Positions 52,998-57,555 of a stretch of DNA of 57,555 nt are shown here, piece by piece (position 1 is the first letter of the stretch; each line of letters starts with the position of its first letter). This DNA is from a virus (taxonomy: Duplodnaviria; Caudoviricetes), in IMG/VR virus record IMGVR_UViG_3300044251_000011, positions 1-57,555 of that record; one strand, given 5' to 3'. A model generated the notes under the pieces. The model ran no database searches, was not told where the DNA came from, and saw only the letters and a list, made by a program, of their open reading frames with translations. A program made the position numbers and the translations under genes.

Positions 52998-55900
52998 CTA
53001 CTTCTCGTAGCAACGGGACCAGTCGGTCCCGGTCTTGCTCACGTCCGCCAGGATGGGCACCCCGCGCCACTCGAAACTCAGCGCCTCGACCACGGCCCGG
53101 CCGACCTCCTCCGCCTCGGCCACCGGCACCGAGAACACGATCTCGTCGTGGATCTGGGCGCGCAGCATGGGGAGGATGCGCCGGTCCAGGCGGAGGAGCC
53201 CGGTCATCATGATGTCGCGTGCCGCCCCCTGGCCCATCAGCGCCGGACCCTGGGTGTGGGCGCGCTGGGGGTCGGCCCGCATCATCCGGCCGAACCCGTT
53301 GTCCAGGAGCTGGCCGCTCTCGGCCACGGCCCGTACCTCGGTCTGCCACTCGACCAGCCGGGGGAACTTCTCCCGCATCGAGAGGTCGAACTGGCGGACC
53401 AGCTCGGGCGCGATGTCCTCGCCCTCGCTGATGGCCCGGATGCCCCGGCCGTAGTTCCAGCCGTGACCGATGGGCTTGGCGATCTCGCGCTTACTGCGGT
53501 CCCCGAACAGCTCCTCCGCGATCTCGGCGTGGGGGTCCTCGGACTTCAACATCTCGATGTACGCGAGATCCTGGGACAGCCCGGCCACGGCCCGCATATC
53601 GACCTGGCTCAGGTCGGCGGACACCAGCACCTCGCCGGGGTCGGGCAGGAACACGGCCCGCTCCACGTGGCGGCCCCCGCGCTTGCCGAACACGGTCAGC
53701 CCCGGGCGGGTGACGGACCACCGGCCAGTCGCCTGGTCGAACCCGATCTTGGGGTGGACCCGGCCGTCCGGACCCATGTGATCCATCGCGGTCTGGTAGA
53801 CCGAGCGCGCGCCCACGATCCGGTGGACGTGCATGGCGATCTCCTGGACCCGCGCGAGGTGGCCGAACTCGGCCCAGAGGTGGGCCATGTGGTCGCCGGA
53901 CACCTGGAACTCGCCGGTGGGCGTCCGCCAGAAGAACCCGGGGGACACCCCGGCCTCGGCCAGCGCGATCTCCAGCGCCTCCTTGCCGCCCTTGGTCGCC
54001 AGCGGCGAGGCGTACGCCTTGCCCTTGGGGTCGGCCAGCGGGACACCGGCGTTCTCGGCCAGCCAGCCCACGCTCGTGGCCTTGCTCTCGTTGACCTGGG
54101 TCACCCGCTCGGTGAGGAGCGGCTGGTCCACCAGGAACCCGTTGTGGCGGATCTGGGCGGCCAGGGCGGCCACCCGGTGCTCGCGGGCCAGGTAGTCCGG
54201 CACCGTCCCGCCCAGGCCCTCCAGGAGCCGCGCGTGGAGCCGCCTCGACAGCTCCACGTCCTGGACCATGTAGGTCTGGAAGCTGGTCGCGTCGGCGGCC
54301 CGCTCCTCGTCGGGGTCGGCCAGGTCCACCGGGATCTCACCCCAGCCGCCGTACTTCTTGGCGAGCGGCTTGGACAGATCGGTGTACTTCTCCCCGAGGC
54401 CCTGGCTCACGGCCAGCGTGCCCAGGTCGTACTTGCGCTTCTGGTCCACGCCGTGCTCGCGGGCCATCGGCGGGTCCAGGAACCGGGCGGCCAGCAGGCC
54501 ATCGAACAGGCGGCCGTCCTGGGCCAGGTCGTGAACCTCGTCCATCGTCATGGCCCCGGCCCGCACCAAGGCGGGGAGGTCGAACGCCACGATGTTGTGG
54601 CCGGTGATCGTCGCGCCCTGGCGGATACGGGCGGCCACGTCCTCGGCCACCGTGGAGCCGCCGAGCGCCAGCACCTCGCGGCCGTCGTGGGCCACCGCGC
54701 CGATCCGGACGTACTCCCGGCCCGGGGTCGTGTAGAGGTCGTCCGCGTCGCCGGTCTCCAGGTCGAACGTCGCCGTGTCCACAGCCTCGTCCACAGGCTG
54801 TGGACCCACGGCGGGCTCGGCCAGCTCGCGGTCTGCCACCTGGCTGTCTGCCTCCTCGCCGGTTGACACCTCAGTGTCAACCACGTCCGCCCCGCCGTGG
54901 CACTCGCTGGAGTGGCAGTACACCCGCTCGTCACGCGGGCACCGGCACACGTCGTCCGGGCCGTCCTGGGGCTCCTGGGGCTCGGTGCCGGGGGCCGGGG
55001 GAAGATCCTCGCCGGACTGGAACACGCGCCAGATCGAGACGTGGCCGTGCGCGCCGCCGGACCGCTCCACCCAGAACTCGCCGTACCGGCGGCCCCGGAG
55101 CCGGGAGTACGCCTCGCCCAGGTTCTTGCCGTAGCTCTTGTCCGTGGGGTCGTCCAGCTTGGGGGGAGCGAGGAACCCGGCCGGGTCGGCCATCGCTCGC
55201 GCCTTCACCTCGGCCGTACGGAACGGCTCCTCCCCGAACGTGGCCCGGAGCCAGCCGAGGTGGCCCGCCCAATACTGGGTGTCGAAGTCGCTCTCCGAGC
55301 GCCACACCTTCAGGTTGTCCAGGAACCCGGTCAGCCCGGCCACCTCGATGATCCCGCCCACGATCCGCTCCCAGACCTCGAACGAGCCGAACGAGACGCC
55401 CCGCTTGGGCCGGGGCTGGCCCTGGGCGAACCAGGCTCGGACCAAGGTCAGGATGGCGGTCATCAGCTCGGCCCGGTGCTTACGGGTCCAGCTCCCCAGG
55501 TCGAGCCCGGACTGGCCGGGGTGCCGGAAGGTCTCGGCCTTGCGGTCCTGCGGGTTGGCGTACGGCGGCCGGAGCGCGATCTGGTAGACGCGCCGGGTCA
55601 GGTCGCCCTTGACTTGGACCTGGTTGCCGAGCGAGATCCAGGTGATGACGTTCGGGAAGTTCGCCATCGTGGAGACGCCCAGGATGCGGTCCTGCCAGGT
55701 GCTCGCCGTGAGGGCCTGGGCCAGCGGCGCGCCCTCGATCGTGTGCGCCTCATCGAACACGAAGAACTCCGCGCCGGTGCGGAACGCGGCCGTGATCTGC
55801 TTGCGGAGTTCGTCCGGATCGGGAACCCAGTTCATCGGCTCGGCGGCCGTGCCCGTGTAGACCGTGAGGATCTGGTCCGCCAGGAGGTTCTTCCCCACGC

Positions 55901-57335
55901 CCATCTGGAGACCGTCGATCACGGCCAGCGGGACCTTGGGCACCATGCCCCGGATGGCCGGGGTCACGATCAGCGCCATCACGTTGGCGCGCGCCGTGTC
56001 GTCCATCAGCGGGAAGTCGCCCAGCCAGTCCTCCAGGATGAACCGGCGCGCCGCGTCGATCTCCTCGGCGCTCGGGTCCTCCGGCACCTTCAGCCCATCG
56101 AACATTGGGTCCGGGATCAGCATGGTCCGCGTGGCCTCGTCGTACCCGGCCTCGGTGACCACGGTCCCGTCCGGCCGCACGAACGGCGCGTGGCTGATCC
56201 GGTCCAGCGGGGAGAAGGAGTCCGCGCGGCTGATCACGGCGGCCATCGTGTTGGGGTCCGGCCAGGCGAACGAGTAGGTGGTGCCGTTCGCGCCCTCGTT
56301 CTTGTTGACCGTCCGCGCGGTCTCGGCCACCAGGTCGTTGAACGAGCCCTTGTCCACCGGGTGCATGGCGTCGCCCTTGCGGCGCGAGATCACCCCGCCG
56401 TGACAGAACAGCTCGGTGGCGTTCCACTTCTCCAGGAGCGCGCCGGTCAGCGCGTTGATCACATCCAGCCGGTCCTCGTTGACCACGATCGTGGCCCGGC
56501 CGTCCTTCTCCCCCTGGTCCCCGCCCGGGGCCGGGGCCTTCTTCTTGGTCGGCACCTTGTCGGCGGGCTTGCTCTTGGCCGTGGTCACGATCCGCTCCAG
56601 GTATGCAGCACGCCGGGTCTCCTGTCGTCCGGCCAGCACATCGTCCAGGCCGCTCTTGTCGCCACCGCTCAGGCGGCCGAACAGAACCTTGGTGGCACCT
56701 TCCATCTCCAGCGCCTGGCCCAGCGCGACCCCGGCCGCGTAGACCTCGGGGTTGGTGGCCGCGTCCGCGTCCAGGATCACCACGACCTCGCGGCCGTCAA
56801 CGGCCACCAGGTCCGGGATCGGGGAGCCGTCAAGCTGCCACATCCGGCACCCCGCGATGCCGTACACGCCGACCCCGGCCGGTGCGTACGAGGCGGCGGC
56901 CAGCGCTTGCTTGGTGCCCTCCACGATCAGGACCCGCTCGGCCGATTCGACCGGGCGCACGGCCCACAGGACCGGGGTCATCTCCCGGCGGAACACGTAC
57001 TTGCGGGGCTTCTTGCCGGTGCCGGTGGTCGGCTCGTCGGGCCGGACCTGGTACTCCGTCCGGCCGTCCTCGGCTGTCCAGGGGAACAGGATGGCCGGGA
57101 AGTTCGCCCAGTTCACCCACTGGCCGCCCAGGTCTGCCACGTCGTCCGAGCTGAGCAGCGAGCGAACGCCGAGCGAACGAGCCAGGTCCAAGTCCACAGC
57201 CTGGGCCGCCAGGAACGAGGCGTGCTCCGGGGTCAGCGTGTTATCGTCGCCCACAGTTCGGTCTTCCTTTCGAGGTTGATCTCCTCCGGGCCGGTCCTCC
57301 AGGGACCGGCCCGGCTCCGTCTCCAGGGTGGTCAC
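52998..57335 (-). CDS. Primase (TOPRIM-like) - helicase/NTPase - family A DNA polymerase fusion
   Basis: LIVEGTKQ and VVILDADA; GVGKNLL, FVFDE, SLGN, DLTRR; TFDLET, GHNIVAFDLP, YMVQDV; ATGRWS, SADLSQVDMR, AKPIGHGWNYG, QIHDEIV. Confidence 0.9.
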   Translation of the reverse strand: MTTLETEPGRSLEDRPGGDQPRKEDRTVGDDNTLTPEHASFLAAQAVDLDLARSLGVRSLLSSDDVADLGGQWVNWANFPAILFPWTAEDGRTEYQVRPDEPTTGTGKKPRKYVFRREMTPVLWAVRPVESAERVLIVEGTKQALAAASYAPAGVGVYGIAGCRMWQLDGSPIPDLVAVDGREVVVILDADAATNPEVYAAGVALGQALEMEGATKVLFGRLSGGDKSGLDDVLAGRQETRRAAYLERIVTTAKSKPADKVPTKKKAPAPGGDQGEKDGRATIVVNEDRLDVINALTGALLEKWNATELFCHGGVISRRKGDAMHPVDKGSFNDLVAETARTVNKNEGANGTTYSFAWPDPNTMAAVISRADSFSPLDRISHAPFVRPDGTVVTEAGYDEATRTMLIPDPMFDGLKVPEDPSAEEIDAARRFILEDWLGDFPLMDDTARANVMALIVTPAIRGMVPKVPLAVIDGLQMGVGKNLLADQILTVYTGTAAEPMNWVPDPDELRKQITAAFRTGAEFFVFDEAHTIEGAPLAQALTASTWQDRILGVSTMANFPNVITWISLGNQVQVKGDLTRRVYQIALRPPYANPQDRKAETFRHPGQSGLDLGSWTRKHRAELMTAILTLVRAWFAQGQPRPKRGVSFGSFEVWERIVGGIIEVAGLTGFLDNLKVWRSESDFDTQYWAGHLGWLRATFGEEPFRTAEVKARAMADPAGFLAPPKLDDPTDKSYGKNLGEAYSRLRGRRYGEFWVERSGGAHGHVSIWRVFQSGEDLPPAPGTEPQEPQDGPDDVCRCPRDERVYCHSSECHGGADVVDTEVSTGEEADSQVADRELAEPAVGPQPVDEAVDTATFDLETGDADDLYTTPGREYVRIGAVAHDGREVLALGGSTVAEDVAARIRQGATITGHNIVAFDLPALVRAGAMTMDEVHDLAQDGRLFDGLLAARFLDPPMAREHGVDQKRKYDLGTLAVSQGLGEKYTDLSKPLAKKYGGWGEIPVDLADPDEERAADATSFQTYMVQDVELSRRLHARLLEGLGGTVPDYLAREHRVAALAAQIRHNGFLVDQPLLTERVTQVNESKATSVGWLAENAGVPLADPKGKAYASPLATKGGKEALEIALAEAGVSPGFFWRTPTGEFQVSGDHMAHLWAEFGHLARVQEIAMHVHRIVGARSVYQTAMDHMGPDGRVHPKIGFDQATGRWSVTRPGLTVFGKRGGRHVERAVFLPDPGEVLVSADLSQVDMRAVAGLSQDLAYIEMLKSEDPHAEIAEELFGDRSKREIAKPIGHGWNYGRGIRAISEGEDIAPELVRQFDLSMREKFPRLVEWQTEVRAVAESGQLLDNGFGRMMRADPQRAHTQGPALMGQGAARDIMMTGLLRLDRRILPMLRAQIHDEIVFSVPVAEAEEVGRAVVEALSFEWRGVPILADVSKTGTDWSRCYEK

Positions 57336-57428
57336 GCTCGGGCCACCAGCGCGGACCGCACGGCCGCCAGCGTGCCGCCCATGATCACGGTGTATCCGTC
57401 CAGGTCGGCCGAGCCCCGGGCCGCCATC

Positions 57429-57555
57429 GCACAGTCCACCGGCGGCCGGTTCACCAGGCGGCGGACCTCAGCCAGCGTGGCCTCCAGCGCCATGATCCGG
57501 TCATGGTCGGTCTTGGTGGTCGAGCGCAACAGGTCCCGCTCGGCCTCAGCCTCGG
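57429..57555. repeat. Terminal direct repeat, second copy
   Basis: Identical to 1-127. Confidence 0.95.

Noticed and set aside
54560-55050. Intein in the primase-polymerase fusion
   Set aside because: No His-Asn followed by Cys/Ser/Thr and no LAGLIDADG blocks; GHNIVAFD is exonuclease motif II.

Overview
The window is an apparently complete, circularly closed, high-GC tailed actinobacteriophage genome of about 57,428 bp. Bases 1-127 equal bases 57429-57555, and one gene reads through the junction. The host is probably a filamentous actinomycete (inference). Most genes are on the minus strand: SF2 helicase, YqaJ nuclease, RuvC, terminase, lysin and holin, portal, MuF, protease, two capsid proteins, tail genes, three glycosyltransferases, and a 1445-aa primase-helicase-DNA polymerase A fusion. 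I found no integrase or partition genes. Main unexplained features: (1) at least 29 copies of an 18-bp palindrome, (T)TGAC-N8-GTCA(A), that forms the -35 box of many sigma70-type promoters and is also written in-frame into structural and replication genes using rare codons; (2) a zinc-metalloprotease gene containing three copies of a promoter+leader+RBS module, the two internal copies read through in the only stop-free frame, predicting nested 619/433/243-aa isoforms; (3) two paralogous tail proteins, each with three tandem collar plus 4x(HxH) repeats, possibly a single-chain version of a normally trimeric metal-binding needle; (4) two near-antipodal long palindromic elements with a shared ~40-bp core, one next to two stand-alone winged-helix genes; (5) a structured ~350-nt leader or ncRNA with a tRNA-like domain; (6) a second, leaderless late-promoter class (GATGCCCCCT...TAnnnT-N6-ATG); (7) a sortase-anchored LPVTG surface protein. 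All protein calls come from motif recognition by eye; no database searches were run.
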